DNA of 57,839 nucleotides, counting the filler, from Catajapyx aquilonaris (Eukaryota): the NCBI GenBank assembly GCA_000934665.2. It is 3 parts of 3 records of this genome, joined end to end, with 100 filler letters (N's around TTAATTAATTAA, not from the genome) between each part and the next. Parts side by side here need not be neighbours in the genome. Positions count along the whole stretch, not along the records: positions 1 to 19,232 come from JYFJ02006513.1; 2 more parts are not named here. One strand, 5' to 3'. Positions within the stretch are counted from its first letter, which is position 1, and every line of letters begins with the position of its first letter. Below the pieces are notes generated by a model. That model was not told where the DNA came from and made no database searches. It was given only the letters and a program-made list of their open reading frames with translations. This document shows positions 1-12,704 of this stretch, piece after piece. The position numbers were made by a program, and so were the translations under genes.

Positions 1-2857
1 GGAGGTGAATTCCAATGTGCCTATGTTACTCCCGGTAAAAAACTACCCCTGGTGATACCCCTGGGGCATATGTGGAGGCCTCCGTATGGATCTGTTTGGG
101 TGACAGACATCCAGACATAGGTCTTGAAATATGTATTAGATTCTGAATTTGTTTCCACTTTATTTGAAACAGTTTTCAGGTCTCAAACGATGCACCTCTA
201 TTTCATATTTTCACATTCTGCCGAAAGAGGCGCTCGCTGCCGACGAGTTTGCATGTAACTACTCGATACGAACGACAGATGGCTCTGCCTCTGCTTGAAG
301 CAAGGAAAAAAACATGGCGGCGCCCAGTGTGTCGAGAGCACGTGTCGTTTAGAGGCAGGTCATAATAATAATTACTCTCTAATTACCCTGAACTCAATCA
401 CTCATTTTTGTTTAACCTTCCAGGGTGTCGGCCAAGCCAAGGTGAACCAGCCGGAACCAGCACACCAACACTGAGCTGCCCATCAGCGTGGGTATAAAAG
501 GATTGACAGTGTTTGTTGTGGTATGATTCATATACACTTTGAGGATATTTCTTGGGTCCTAATAATTGTTCACATCTGAGAAAGTAATGAGGCCTCAAAT
601 TGTAGCCAAAATGTAGCCTCATCTGGACGTGCATGCGGTACAATAAGCCAGCTCCTACAGTCAGCGGAAGGTGTCGGGAGTACAGGAATCCATCTTCGTA
701 TGAGTACCGTGTATGCCTTCATCACTTGTTGCCTGGAGTAAGTGTTTTGCTTGCCCTGGCCTGGAATCACCAGTGAACGACTACGGCAACCGCCCCGCTC
801 GGATCAACTTTCCCCAGGCTCCAACAAGTGACAAAGACGTACATTTTTCGTACACGATACTCATACATCGATGTACTTCTGTACCCCCAACATCTTCTGT
901 GGTTCAAAAATTGATCACCACTTGTTGCTCAGCGTTCGCTCCATATCTGACTGCGGTGGAGACTCTCAAAGTACCCTACCATATCGTAGGAGTTACGGCG
1001 GGCTGCATCAGCCAGAGAATGGGGCTGATGTCACAATGGCAACAATTACCCTCAAACAATGAATGCCGACAGTGAGACTAACAAAGCCTCTGTCCCATTC
1101 TCTGGTTGACCCAATAAAATTCCTGAGAGAGCATTTTACGTGTGCATGCTCACACTATGTTTCAAGTGAATAACAAAACAGTTGCCTAGAGTTCAGTGTA
1201 GCGAGAACATAACACTAGTGGATTTAGGCACTGTACTTATTTACATCACATTATCTATAGTTCTTGCAAATTCCATCTCATCCTATATACAGGGTGGTTG
1301 GTAAATGGCGCACAAGCTTCAGGTAGCGAGATGCCTTGTGAAAAACCAGTATATGGAAGTGAATAAGGTCCTATTGCTCTGCGAGGCCTGGTTAGTGCTC
1401 ACGAGGCCTCCACAAAGTTTGGGCCAAATCATGACGTCACATCCGCCTGCACCCTTCGGCTGAGAAATGAGAGAATTTTCCGTGCTCGCCAACATGAACT
1501 TCGACTTAGGGAGACTGAAAATGCATTGATATCCCATCGTGGGTCCCTGCCATCACTTCGAGTTATGGAGAACTTCAAGTTATGGAAATTCGAGTTAGGG
1601 AAGTTTATTTCCTATTATTTTACATTGTGACGTAAAATGAAAAAGGGTAAAATGAGACAAAATTATAATGGAAGTAAATGAGATGGGTTCCAAGATTTCC
1701 AAATATTTCCCTGATGCAGTGCTTAAATTGCTGTTTTTAATGCTGATTATTTGAAGCATTTATAATTGAGGCCTCTTTTCCGTTCCTTTGGTAAGAACTG
1801 CAGTAGACGTAGACTTCGGAGGGTTCCGATGAGACCAACAATACGGTACCGGTACTGTATTTATCGATAGATCCACCATCACAAGGCACCACGAAAGACA
1901 AACGATAGCATTATTTTATGGTCATGCCATGGGTCGTGCGTTTGGACTCAAAAGTGTTGAAGTGTTGTGCTTATGTTCAGATCGTGTTGTTATCGTCGTC
2001 ATATTTTTCACAATTTCCCAATCTCAAAATTTTATGTCGTTTTCAAACCGGCGTTAACGTAAAACGGCGTAAAATGGAGCGCTGTGAAACGTAGCATAGG
2101 TAGTCCACCCCAATGCGTCAAAAAGGCACGTAAAATGACCCACCTATAATGATCATGCGACCCTTATTTTGGGGGTCAAAGGTCAAAGTATTAAAATCCG
2201 CAGTTTCCAACCGATTAGCTTCAAATTTCGAAATTTGTAGCATAGGTAGCCCACCCCAATGCGTCCCCCTCCGTCATTTAGACCAGGGTCCCAGCACTTG
2301 TCTGATCTAACGTATGGAAAACAAGAGAACTATCTGACGTCATTGTTTCATACATTGTTGCTCTTTGTTGACACTGTTTACTCATATTGTTCTGTGAGAA
2401 TATTTCCCCAAGGAAATTTTGATGACGTCAGATCGTTCTCTCATTTTCCGTCCAATGTGTTTTATTAGTTCGCATGGCAGGGGTAAGATGACGCCCTTTG
2501 TTATGCTCTCCCGCCACCTGATTGTTTGGAACATGTAGCCAACGTGTTTGGAGCCAACCCCACCCACCCAACCTCAGGGCTGCCCACCCAACCCCTCCCT
2601 CGTCGCTAGGTTGTAATTGAAAAAAGTGCACATTTTTTTGGGCGTGATAGAGTGACTTGGAAGAAACCCTTTCTGCCAATACACTTGGTGCCGCAGATGC
2701 AGCGTGTCAGAAAACACTGGTTTGTCATCCGCCATACCCTTAGTAACCATATAAATACCATATAGTAACCACCATGCTAACCATGGTTATTAACATTTAC
2801 ACATTCACTGTTGCTGACAGTATAACACATTGTCCTGGTTTTGTTACAGCCTGTGCA

Positions 2858-4663
2858 ATGGCAGCCTCACTCCCACATCATCTGCCAGAGTCCTTCGACA
2901 ATTGTAACAGCGATTGTTCAGAAGAGAGCGAGACAACTTCTGATGGCACAGAGATGGGGATTAGTGTCCCTGACTCTCATCATTTGGACATGTTGCGCCA
3001 ACAAGACAACTTCCGCCACGCCTCCATTTTCTGTGACGTCGATCTGATATGTGAGGATGGGACTTCCCTTAAGGCCCACCGAGTTGTACTTGCAGCATCC
3101 AGCCCCTACTTCAAGGCCATGTTTTCTGGGGGGCTGGCGGAGGAGCAGCAGTCTCGGGTTCCCATCCGTGAGGTGTCGTCTGCAGCCATGAAGATGCTGG
3201 TTGATTGTGTGTATACTGGACGCATGGAGAAGTTGTGTCAAGGTAATGTGGGGGAGGTGGCCATGGCAGCCAACATGCTTCAGATACCCACGGCTGAAGC
3301 CTTGTGCACCAAGTTCATGAGCCAACATCTGGACAAGTCCAATGCAATTGGTGTGCACAGATTCGCCACTTCATGTAACTACACCAAGTTGGCAAATTGG
3401 GCCTCCAGATTTATTGAGGCCAACTTGGACACTGTTTCTACGTCAGAAGAGTTTATGAATCTGTCAAAGGAGGATCTGCCACAGTACTTGATGAGCAGTA
3501 AAATAAACTGCCGTAGGGAGGGAAAAGTCTTGAGAGCTGTGATCGCCTGGATTGAAAAGTCCGTAGGGGAGAGGAGGATTTATGCTCATGAACTGTTGGA
3601 GTGTGTAAAGTTATCACTGATACCACACATGAGCGCCATTTGTGATTCCATATGCAATGATGCTGCTCTGAAAAGCATTGTGCAATGTAAGTTTGAGGAT
3701 GCGGAAAAACACTCTTCAGGAGAATCAGTGGTAGAAGGAAAATCTGGGATCACAACTGTCATATATGCAGTTGGAGGGTGGGAGTGTGACACAATGCAAC
3801 TGATGATATCCAAAACTGTGTGGTACTTAAACATGCGTTGTGGTAAGTGGCACAAGTCAGAGGGTGGGGGGTCCAGTGATGACAGGCATACTACTCGAGC
3901 TCATCCTGCCATTGCTACCATTGGATCTACTGTTTACCTGGTAGGTGGTACCACTGAAGATGAGGAAGTGTTGGACTCGTATGATTTTTACAGCACAAGT
4001 GAGGAAACTTGGTTTAAGGGTCAAGGCAGACTTGAAGTCGGACGTGTTCATTTTGGCCTGCAAGAATTAAATGGCTGCTTATATGCATTTGGAGGGCTTG
4101 ATGAGAATAATACTGACCTTGGGAGCATTGAAAAGCTTGATCCCAAGAATGGTGAATGGCATGTGATTGGCCACATGCCCAAAGCAAGATATGGCATACG
4201 AGTAGTTTCTTATGGAGATCTGATTTATGTGGTAGGTGGGTGGGATGATAGTTTGAATGACTTGATGTCTTACAATCCAGAAACGAAAGAGTGGAATCAA
4301 CTGTCTCCCTGGTTGAATCCACGCTCGGACATGGGAGTTGCTGTTCTTGATGGCCACTTGTATGTTGTGGGTGGATACGCAGTGGTTGGGGATGACTACT
4401 TACCTTCAGATGCAGTGGACAGGTATTCTTTTGGGAGAAACGAGTGGGAAAAGATCGCTGCTTTGAAACGGGGGATAACGAATCCGGGAGTGACAGCTGC
4501 TAATGGCTGCCTGTATGTTCTTGGTGGAGAAGTGGGAGGGGAGAATGGGGTGTTGGAGTTGACTTCTGATGTTGTGTATTACAATCCCGAGACAGGTGAA
4601 TGGAAGTCTGGGACATCAATGCCAAAACCCTGGAGCGGGTGCACTGTGTGGACAAATGCGTAA
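2858..4663 (+). CDS. Kelch-like protein A1 (BTB-BACK-6x Kelch), single coding exon, ~601 aa
   Basis: BTB motif FCDVDLICEDG..LKAHRVVLAASSPYFKAMF, BACK motif (EGKVLRAVIAWI), six GG-containing Kelch repeats. Start placed at ATG 2858 because acceptor ttttgttacAG (2848-2849) precedes it and paralog A2 starts at the equivalent MAASL. Confidence 0.93.
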   Translation: MAASLPHHLPESFDNCNSDCSEESETTSDGTEMGISVPDSHHLDMLRQQDNFRHASIFCDVDLICEDGTSLKAHRVVLAASSPYFKAMFSGGLAEEQQSRVPIREVSSAAMKMLVDCVYTGRMEKLCQGNVGEVAMAANMLQIPTAEALCTKFMSQHLDKSNAIGVHRFATSCNYTKLANWASRFIEANLDTVSTSEEFMNLSKEDLPQYLMSSKINCRREGKVLRAVIAWIEKSVGERRIYAHELLECVKLSLIPHMSAICDSICNDAALKSIVQCKFEDAEKHSSGESVVEGKSGITTVIYAVGGWECDTMQLMISKTVWYLNMRCGKWHKSEGGGSSDDRHTTRAHPAIATIGSTVYLVGGTTEDEEVLDSYDFYSTSEETWFKGQGRLEVGRVHFGLQELNGCLYAFGGLDENNTDLGSIEKLDPKNGEWHVIGHMPKARYGIRVVSYGDLIYVVGGWDDSLNDLMSYNPETKEWNQLSPWLNPRSDMGVAVLDGHLYVVGGYAVVGDDYLPSDAVDRYSFGRNEWEKIAALKRGITNPGVTAANGCLYVLGGEVGGENGVLELTSDVVYYNPETGEWKSGTSMPKPWSGCTVWTNA

Positions 4664-4685
4664 ATGCTTGGACAATGTCTCCCAC

Positions 4686-4940
4686 TCCACGCGTATATGT
4701 AACGATGGGGTCAGGACTTTCCTCTGATTTTTAGGACACAAAGTTGTGAATTTCACTTTTAATGACACACCAAACGAACGACTAGATTCCCCAGTTATAG
4801 ACTCATGTGGCCTTGCAACGAATTGAGTCCATAACTGGGGAGTCTAGTCTTTCCTTCAGTGTGTGATTTGAAGTGTTTTGTGAAATCGGCAACTTTTAGT
4901 CTTTAAAATGAGAGGAATGTTATGATATACCCGTAATGGA
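4686..4940. mobile_element. Degenerate foldback/MITE-like palindrome
   Basis: ttcctctgatttttaggacacaaagttg (4719) pairs with caacttttagtctttaaaatgagaggaa (~4890-4917). Inner gactagattccccagttatagactca pairs with tgagtccataactggggagtctagtc. Confidence 0.7.
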
Positions 4941-5724
4941 ATCCTCAACAAAAGCACAACTGGCACCGGCATTTCCAGGTCAAATTGAAATTGCTACATG
5001 AGAGTAAGTAGTGCCTAGCCAGAGGTATTTTATGCACAGCTTAAAATCCGGATGAGCCTGAATTTGGAAATGCGGTAACGGTAACCTTTTCTTCCATGAC
5101 CATTCGTTGCCAACTGAATAGACACAAAAGGGTGGCAGGCAAACCCTCGTCCACCTGAGCACCTGCCTGGTATAAAACCCATCTCAATTGAACCACAGCA
5201 AAGCTATTTTTATTATTGTTCAGATGTTACTTTCTTACATTAGGGCAGCCATCTCCATATAATGGCCTAATTTCCATGATGTAGGAAGGTTTGAATAAAT
5301 TGCTGGCATGAAAATTCACTGCCTCTTTTTTGATTTCCGAGTTGATTTCAGTGGATTATTATTAATGAGACATGACAAAGTGTGTACACTGCTGTACTAG
5401 GTGTGTACCCAGTATATTATTGTAAAGGAGAAATTAATCTGATTCATGTTGTCTTATTTTGATATGTGAAAACCAGAAAGAAAGAATGGTTTCATCTGCA
5501 GAGGTCAATTTTAGTGCCCTTTGGCATTGGAGGTTTATTCCTCGTACATGTGGCAACATGGCTTGGCTGTATTCGGACACGGCCCCCCCGATTGCGTCAT
5601 CATTCCAGATCATTCGCAGGCCTGCTTGCTGCCCTTCCGAAGGTCGATTTGTGTCCTTCCCTTTGGCCTCGTGTCCTCTTTGCTGTCGTACCAGCCGTAC
5701 AGTTGTGTACTACACCGGGGCAGG

Positions 5725-7902
5725 ATGGCCTCATGCAGCGGAGACATCAACTGCGCAGGTGGGAGTTCGCCCCTTCAAGACATGGAGAGCAGCGGTGAGT
5801 CAGGTGGTGCTGTGGTATGTCATTAACAGAACCATTTCATTGCCAGATGAAGCGACCACAGCGTCAGGGAAACAGAGGGAAATGGACTCCTTCAACGGTA
5901 ACAACGGCTTGGAAGAGAGCTCTCATAATGACACGCCTGGTAAGAATAGCCTTCGGTTCGAGGGAGGCTGTGGAACTGTATGTGTTATTAACGTAACTAT
6001 TTCATTGCAGATGGAGTAACTGCAACTTCAGAGAAACATGAAATGGGCTCATTCAGCGGTAATGAGAGCATCAATGGGAGTGCCCATGGTGACAAGACCA
6101 ATGAGAGCTACTGTGAGTCCGATGCCGCCGAGGACTGGGCAGCCCAAGAATACGTCTTTGAACATGTCTGCACTGCCCCGTCACACTTCTACCAACTGCT
6201 TGGCCAACTTGATGGATTCCGCTCCTCTTCCCTCTTCTGCGATGCTGAACTGATTGCTGATGATGGGACTTCCATCAAGGCTCACCGAGCCATACTGGGA
6301 GCAGCAAGTCCATACTTCATGGCCATGTTTTCTGGGGGACCTCCAGAAGAGACGCATCTTCAGGTAGAAATTGGTGGGGTGCCGTCTGCTGTCTTGAAGA
6401 TCCTGGTGGACTCTGTGTACACTGGGCAGTTGAAATTGTCTCAAGCTAATGTCAAGGAAATGATTGCTGCTGCAAGCATGCTTCAGTTGTCGGCGGCAGA
6501 AACCATGTGCACAAAGTTCATGTGTGACGGCCTGGATGTGTGCAATGCACTTGATGTCCACAGGTATGCTCGCGAAGGGAACTTCACCTCTTTGGCCAAT
6601 TACGCATCCAGGTTTATCCACGTTAACTTTGAAGAAATTTCCAAGTCAGAGGGGTTTCTGGATCTGTCAATTGATGAGCTGGCAGAGTATTTGAGCAGCG
6701 ATTGCATTGGTGTCTATGAGGGCACACTTTTTAGAGCCGCATTGCGCTGGATTGAGAAATCCCCAGAAGAGAGGTGCAATTACTTGAATGATGTAATCAA
6801 GCATATGCGAATCTCCCTGCTTTCATCAGATACATTGATGATTGCTGTCTCCGCATGCAAAAGCGCAATTGTGAGAGACATGATGAAGAGGGTGAAGGCT
6901 GATATTATTAAGGGACGTCCCAGAGATCACGATGTGAGGAAGTCCACAGTAGTGGAAAGAAGTGGGACAAAAACTGACATATACATTGTCGGAGGATGGG
7001 TGGAGGACAAAAAGAAAGAAGGTTTTGGGTTGACTAAGGATGTGAAGCACTTTGATACATGTTCTGGGGAGTGGGATGAGCCGAAGGGGATTCGCTTCTT
7101 GTTGAGTACAGTAATGCACGAGGTTCAATCTGAACCTGGCATTGCTTCCATCGGACAGGTCATCTACCTTGTAGGTGGCATTTCAGGTAGGGAGGAGTTG
7201 TCCACTTCTGGCTATGCATTCCGCATGCATGAGACTGATCATGCTGACCTCAGGAAAATGCATGGGAAGTTGCAGGTGGTTCGTTACGACTTTGGGCTGT
7301 GTGAGTTAGATGGATACTTGTATGCATTTGGGGGATATAATGAGAGGAATGTCCTAGAGAGCATTGAAAAGTATGACACTGGCAATCGCACATGGTGTGT
7401 GATTGATGACATGCCCAAAGCTCTGTATGGTATGGGTGTTGTTCGTCACGGAAGCCTGATTTATGTGATAGGTGGTATAGGGGCAGACGATACATTCTCG
7501 CAGGATTTTATGTCGTACAACCCAGAAACCAAGGAGTGGAATCAACTGTCCCCGTGGTTGAATCCTCGCAGGTACATGGGCGTGGCTGTACTTGGTGGCC
7601 ACTTGTATGTTGTAGGTGGAAGTGGTCACAAAGCCGACAACTTTCCCTCTGACTCTGTGGACGTGTATTCATTTGAGCATGATAAATGGTCAAAGGTGGC
7701 TCCTTTGAAGTGGGGCCTTGCTCGAGCAGGTGTGGCTGCTGCTAATGGCTGTTTGTTTGTCATGGGTGGAGAAGTGGTGGGCATGGATGGTTCGATTGAG
7801 GTCATTGCTGACGTGATGTATTATGAGCCTGAGACGGACACCTGGAACTATGCAAAGCCGATGCCTCTTCCACGGAGCCAGTTTAGAGCTATTGCACTGT
7901 AG
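5725..7902 (+). CDS. Kelch-like protein B1 (BTB-BACK-Kelch); coding exons 5725-5794, 5847-5939, 6011-7902
   Basis: 619-aa ORF 6043-7902 has BTB, BACK and six Kelch repeats. Two short upstream exons join in frame through phase-1 GT-AG introns (gtgagt..gccag 52 nt; gtaaga..tgcag 71 nt), and the same structure is seen in copy B2. Confidence 0.88.
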
Positions 7903-10900
7903 TAGGCCCAGTGCCATGAATATTCCAGAAAAGTGGAACAGATCTCAGGGGACAGATTTTATGCAGGGTTATTTTGTGGTTGGATTACATTTTCCCAATA
8001 GTTATGGTAATTTTTTTTGTGAAGCAAATGACCAAAGACCAACAGCATTTTGATTGCATTTGAATTTTTTTCCCCCCTTGGGAGTACAAAGTTGTTGGAA
8101 AGTTTTTTTTGGGGGGGTGAATACCAGTGTAAGAGTTGGAACATAAGTCATGGCACATATTTTTCTTTTCTTTTGATCGAACACCTGAGGGTTCATTTGT
8201 CTTTTTCCCATTTGCTTCTCAAATTTCTTGGCTATGTTCAGATCATCTTATCACATCACAAGTAAATTCTGCAGACAGGAAAAAAGATGGAGTTTGTCTA
8301 GCTATGAAGACCCAGGTGTTTGGATTATTAAATGACATCTGCTCCAACTATTATATTTTTAAGGTGCTGCACAGGTTAGGGAATGTAGTTAGTGGGATTA
8401 TTTTATTACCTGAATGGTAAGTGCCGCACAGTTGTTCAAATGGTATTGTAATTATGTGGAAAAAGGAAGGAAATAATCAGATTGAACCAGTGAGTGTTGC
8501 TTTGTTGCAATGCACTTCGGAAGTAAAATGATGGGGTCGTGACTTTTCAAATGGCCTTTGAGGTGTCTTCTCAACCTTATTAAGGTTAGCTTAACTGGTA
8601 GGAGACGAGGCATATCAAAACCAGTTGCAAGATGCAGTGCCTTGAGTAGATAACATTTTTAAGTGTTTTGTTTTGTTCCATATGAAGCGATGATTGTAAT
8701 AAGTTGCACAGAAGTGATACTGTTGTAGGAGTCCAATCATTGTTTGATCCACACCAAGCTTCTTCCTAATTTGCATTTGATTTCTAGTTCATTAATATAG
8801 TTGGGAATTGTTTTGAAAGGTATCTATTTCCAATATTATTTGTACTGATCTTTTGTAAACCAGTAGGTTTATTTGTACTGCTCTTTTGATGTAAACCTAT
8901 CAGGCAACTTTGTATTGTGTAACTTGTTGTAGATCATTGTTTGGTTTGTGTTGTACTCTACAAATCATGAGCCAGTAAGAACTTTGTGAGAATGCAGTAC
9001 CTGACATTATTTTATATTTTGCAGGAAAGATTGATCAATGTAATTGAATCATGAAGTACGAAATAAATGCGAATGGCAAGACATGCGATAAACACTGGTT
9101 CCCATTATTTGTTGCTGCTGATCTGTTTGCATGCTTAGAGTGGGAATGAACCAAAAAGCAACTAAGGCTACTAAGGCCATCACAGGATATGAAGATGGGT
9201 TTGGCAAATGGCTGCACAAGGGGCAATGTCCTTGGCGGTTGTCGCATGGTGCATTGTTTATTCAGACTAGCACTTAACAGGAAATCCTCTCCACATCCAC
9301 AATATTATTCAGCTCTAGGTATGGGCTGCACATTGCTGATGAAATCACACTTGAAATATGATTACTCTACTTTGCACATTACTGGTCAATTTTTATCCGC
9401 AATTATGTGGTTTCTCTACAGCGTATGCTGAAAACAGCAAGCATCCCTCTGAGTGTCCCATGGAGCATCACACATTTAAAACCCTCTTGTAATGGTTTTT
9501 TTTTTGTAACAAAAGAATGTGGCAGGACTCACCCTCCTTCTGCCGCACCCACTGGAGATTTCCAGACAGAGGGAAGAAAAAAATAAGGCGATTATTATAG
9601 GGGGAATATTATTATTTATGGGGAAGAAGTAAATGAAAAGAGATCCGCTTTAACTGGTGACAACAACAGGTGATTTGCCATGCAATTCAGGACAGTTGTG
9701 AAATCATGGAATCATATGAGTCCTGGGATGCCCTTTGTTGCTCTCTTCTCAATTTCAACTTTAAAGTAAAAGTAAACACAGTGTTGATTGTAAAAGATGG
9801 TAACTGGTAATAAGCACTTTTTTGTGTCACCAGAAGTTGTTCTTCATGATTTTGAATAATAAATTGGACTGAAGTGATAGTGAAATAGCGTCTTCCCATA
9901 TTTCATATGAAATGATAATAGAAATTCATTAATGTATTTGGGAATTGCTGGTGGGTTTCAAATATCAGTTACTTAAGTTTTTTGTATGTACTTTTCTTTT
10001 GAAAATGTACTAGTACAACTAAGCGAGTAAGCGATATTGTATTGTGCTGGAGGTGGCACCAAACATGGATGATGCTGACCTCTCATATGGAAGACCACAC
10101 ACAGCCTTGCACGTCAGTCTCACACGTGATGTTTGATTATGGTTTTGTCCCTACCATGCCAATGACAATACTCCAGATTACACATTATTGTTACGAGTAG
10201 CACATTGTAATATTAAGAAGTCTCCTAGTAATAAGAGGTGAGTCAGATGAGCTGCATCTCTTGACGTTGGCTCATCCTGTACCTTGAAAAAAAATGCTAG
10301 TCAAACTTGCCTAATAGTTGCAGTTGTTGCATAGTTGCAATTACACTTAATTTGCATTCACAATCACACAACTGAGTTTGAAATGGCGCTTCATGTTCAA
10401 GCAGCATAACTGTTGAGATATTCCACCAATCAGGATCTAGAATTCCGTGTTAGCGACCAATCGCTACCGTGTTGTGTCTGTAACTGACACATGTAAACTA
10501 ATATTCCAATTGCCGTAATTTAATCGTGCAGTGGAGATCATTGAAAACATTGTGCTGCTGCATTACAGAATTCACAATGCGAATTTTAAAATTGCAAACC
10601 TGCATTCCTGCCAGATTTAAGTGCAAGTCGGCAACACTGCGTCCTCACAGCGGCCATCTTGGATTTTGCGCCACGAGTTGTTGTCTTCCTTCCAGTTCGA
10701 GGCACGTGCTCTGAAGAAGAGAAGTCTGGTCGAGCTGTTGCTGCTCCATCAGGGACGGAGGAGCTCCGATATAAACTGTGTCCGCAGAAACATATTACAG
10801 GTAATGCCCAGGTAATAATGCAACTGGTATGCCCGGAAGTAGAGAGCAGAGGTTGGGTCGGCCCTAGAAACCTTCCTTAACCCCTTCGCTGAAGATACGG

Positions 10901-11032
10901 ATTTTACCCAAATAATAACAGATCTACTTGAACGTTCATGCAAAACACTGTGAATGTCTTTGGAACCATTTCCCTCGTCTACTATAGCCCCCTAAATAAT
11001 TATTTTTTTTCAAATGTCGCTGCAAAAACACT

Positions 11033-11342
11033 AAATTCAAGTACTACCGGGCCGACTGTTAGGCTGATTTAATTACGAAATACATTAAAACATATGGGAC
11101 ATCTACCGTGAGTACCTGCCAGACGAATTTGCTGAAGTCGTCGTACTTCGCGAGAATTAAATTAATTCTTATCTGCTGCTTGATGGCATTTCGGAAAGCT
11201 CCCAATTTTATTTAATTAACACCAAGTACAACGGTTTCAGCCAATTCGTCTGGCAAGTTTCTCAAGGTAGATGTCCAATACGATTTAATGTATTTAATTT
11301 AATTAAGTCAGTCTTAACAGTTGGCCGGTAGTACTTGAATTT
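11033..11342. mobile_element. Foldback/MITE-like element with ~130 bp imperfect inverted arms
   Basis: aaattcaagtactaccgg (11033) pairs with ccggtagtacttgaattt (11325-11342). Internal ggacatctacc/ggtagatgtcc and tgccagacgaatt/aattcgtctggca also pair. Confidence 0.75.
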
Positions 11343-12128
11343 TGACATTCATAGTTAACAATGAATGTGTAAATGTACCTGTTACTATTGTGAAATACAG
11401 TTGAATCCGGATATCACAGCCTCGACTGTAAAAGACTCGAAAGACCTGTCCCCGGATACTGCCATATATGGTTTTTGTATTGGGCTGTAACAGACCTTAG
11501 ATTTAGATCTTGACTCGTGGTGAATGGCCTTGTGCCCCAAATGCCTTGGAAGCAAATACTTCAAGTAACTCTGGACACAATACCACTCACAGCGAGTCAT
11601 GAACTAATTCTCATTATCACATAAAAAATGTCTCAATTTGTTTTGACTCGCTCTCGTATGTCCTGGGCAACCATGAAATCAAGGTCAAAAAAATGCATGG
11701 GGTTTATTACGATGGTTGTACCAAAATGATTACAATTTTTTTTTTTGCCGGAAATACAGGGCCCATGCAGGTCAGCAAATATAGGCACACACTATCGACA
11801 TAACCCTCCCGGAGCCGAATGCACAGGATCCTTGGGTGTGCCAACCTCTCCAGGCCCCCCAGTAACCACTTTTTGGAGGTGCGAGGCACCTCCTACCAGA
11901 CAACTGCTCACAGTCAGCAACTATCAACAATGTCAAAAAAACTAATTGTATATCATTTTGGTACCACCCTCGTATAATCTCGGTTCCTGCATGTCTTACG
12001 TCATATCTCAGGAACTACTGACTCTATCTCAACTTACTGGGTGTAAATGAAATAAGTGCACATTTTTAAAGGAATGATAGAGTGACACGAAAGAAACATT
12101 TTTTATCAATACACTTGGTGCCTCAGAC

Positions 12129-12509
12129 CACCCCCCAGTCACTCCCTATACCAATACATTGCTACACCGTGAGCTCATCTGATCTTCCCCACCGAGGGGG
12201 ATTAGCCACAGTCAGCGCTAGAGTCACTTACCGAGATGGTGGCGCCTTACTTAGCGGGGCAATTCTGAATCATTAGGTTCGACTCCGATTGGCTGGAGTT
12301 TTAAAAGGCCTCCTGTGGTTCTCCATGGCTCTTTCTAAACGATTTACTACCTCCAGCCAATCGGAGTCGACCCTAATGGTTCAGAATTGCCTCTCAAGGT
12401 AAGGCGCCACCATCTCGGTAAGTGATTCTAGCGCCGACCGTGGCCAATCCTCCTTGGTGGGGAGATCAGCTATGTTCACGGGAAAAGAGGGAGAGTGACT
12501 GGGGGGGTG
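12129..12509. mobile_element. 381 bp foldback MITE, absent from duplicate copy 1
   Basis: Ends caccccccagtcactc / gagtgactgggggggtg. Arms of ~170 bp include cacttaccgagatggtggcgccttac and tcgactccgattggctggag with their reverse complements. Confidence 0.85.
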
Positions 12510-12704
12510 CCTCATCATGTGACGCATCATGTCAGGAAAGGAGGATTTGTCATGTGTCATACCATAGTAACCACCATGCTCATCATGGGTATTGACATTG
12601 ACAGATTCACTCATGCATTTTGCTGATTGTGAAGACCTGTGCCATAATGTTCAATTAATACTAACAATAAACCACACTGTCCTGGTTTTGTTACAGCCTG
12701 TGTC

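Larger units (their letters stand above)
2610..9524 (+). repeat. Segmental tandem duplication, copy 1 (Kelch A1 + Kelch B1 + downstream flank)
   Basis: Collinear with ~12040-18146, from 'aagtgcacattttt...gatagagtgac' to 'ctcttgt...acaaaagaa'. 4664-5240 has no clear counterpart in copy 2. Confidence 0.9.

Noticed and set aside
2091..2266. 29 bp direct repeat gtagcataggtag.ccaccccaatgcgtc
   Set aside because: Only two copies, inside probable repeat debris. No supportable function.
2774..2857. N-terminal extension of the 629-aa ORF
   Set aside because: It lies upstream of a conserved splice acceptor and is not open in paralog A2.
4265..7569. Identical 20-aa peptide MSYNPETKEWNQLSPWLNPR in A1 and B1 as recent gene conversion
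   Set aside because: The codons differ at many synonymous sites (tct/tcg, aat/aac, acg/acc, aaa/aag), so shared ancestry or constraint fits better.
9035..9247. Identical 70-aa ORF at 9035-9247 and 17654-17866 as a conserved gene
   Set aside because: The identity follows from near-identical DNA in a duplicate. There is no recognisable motif or coding-type divergence.
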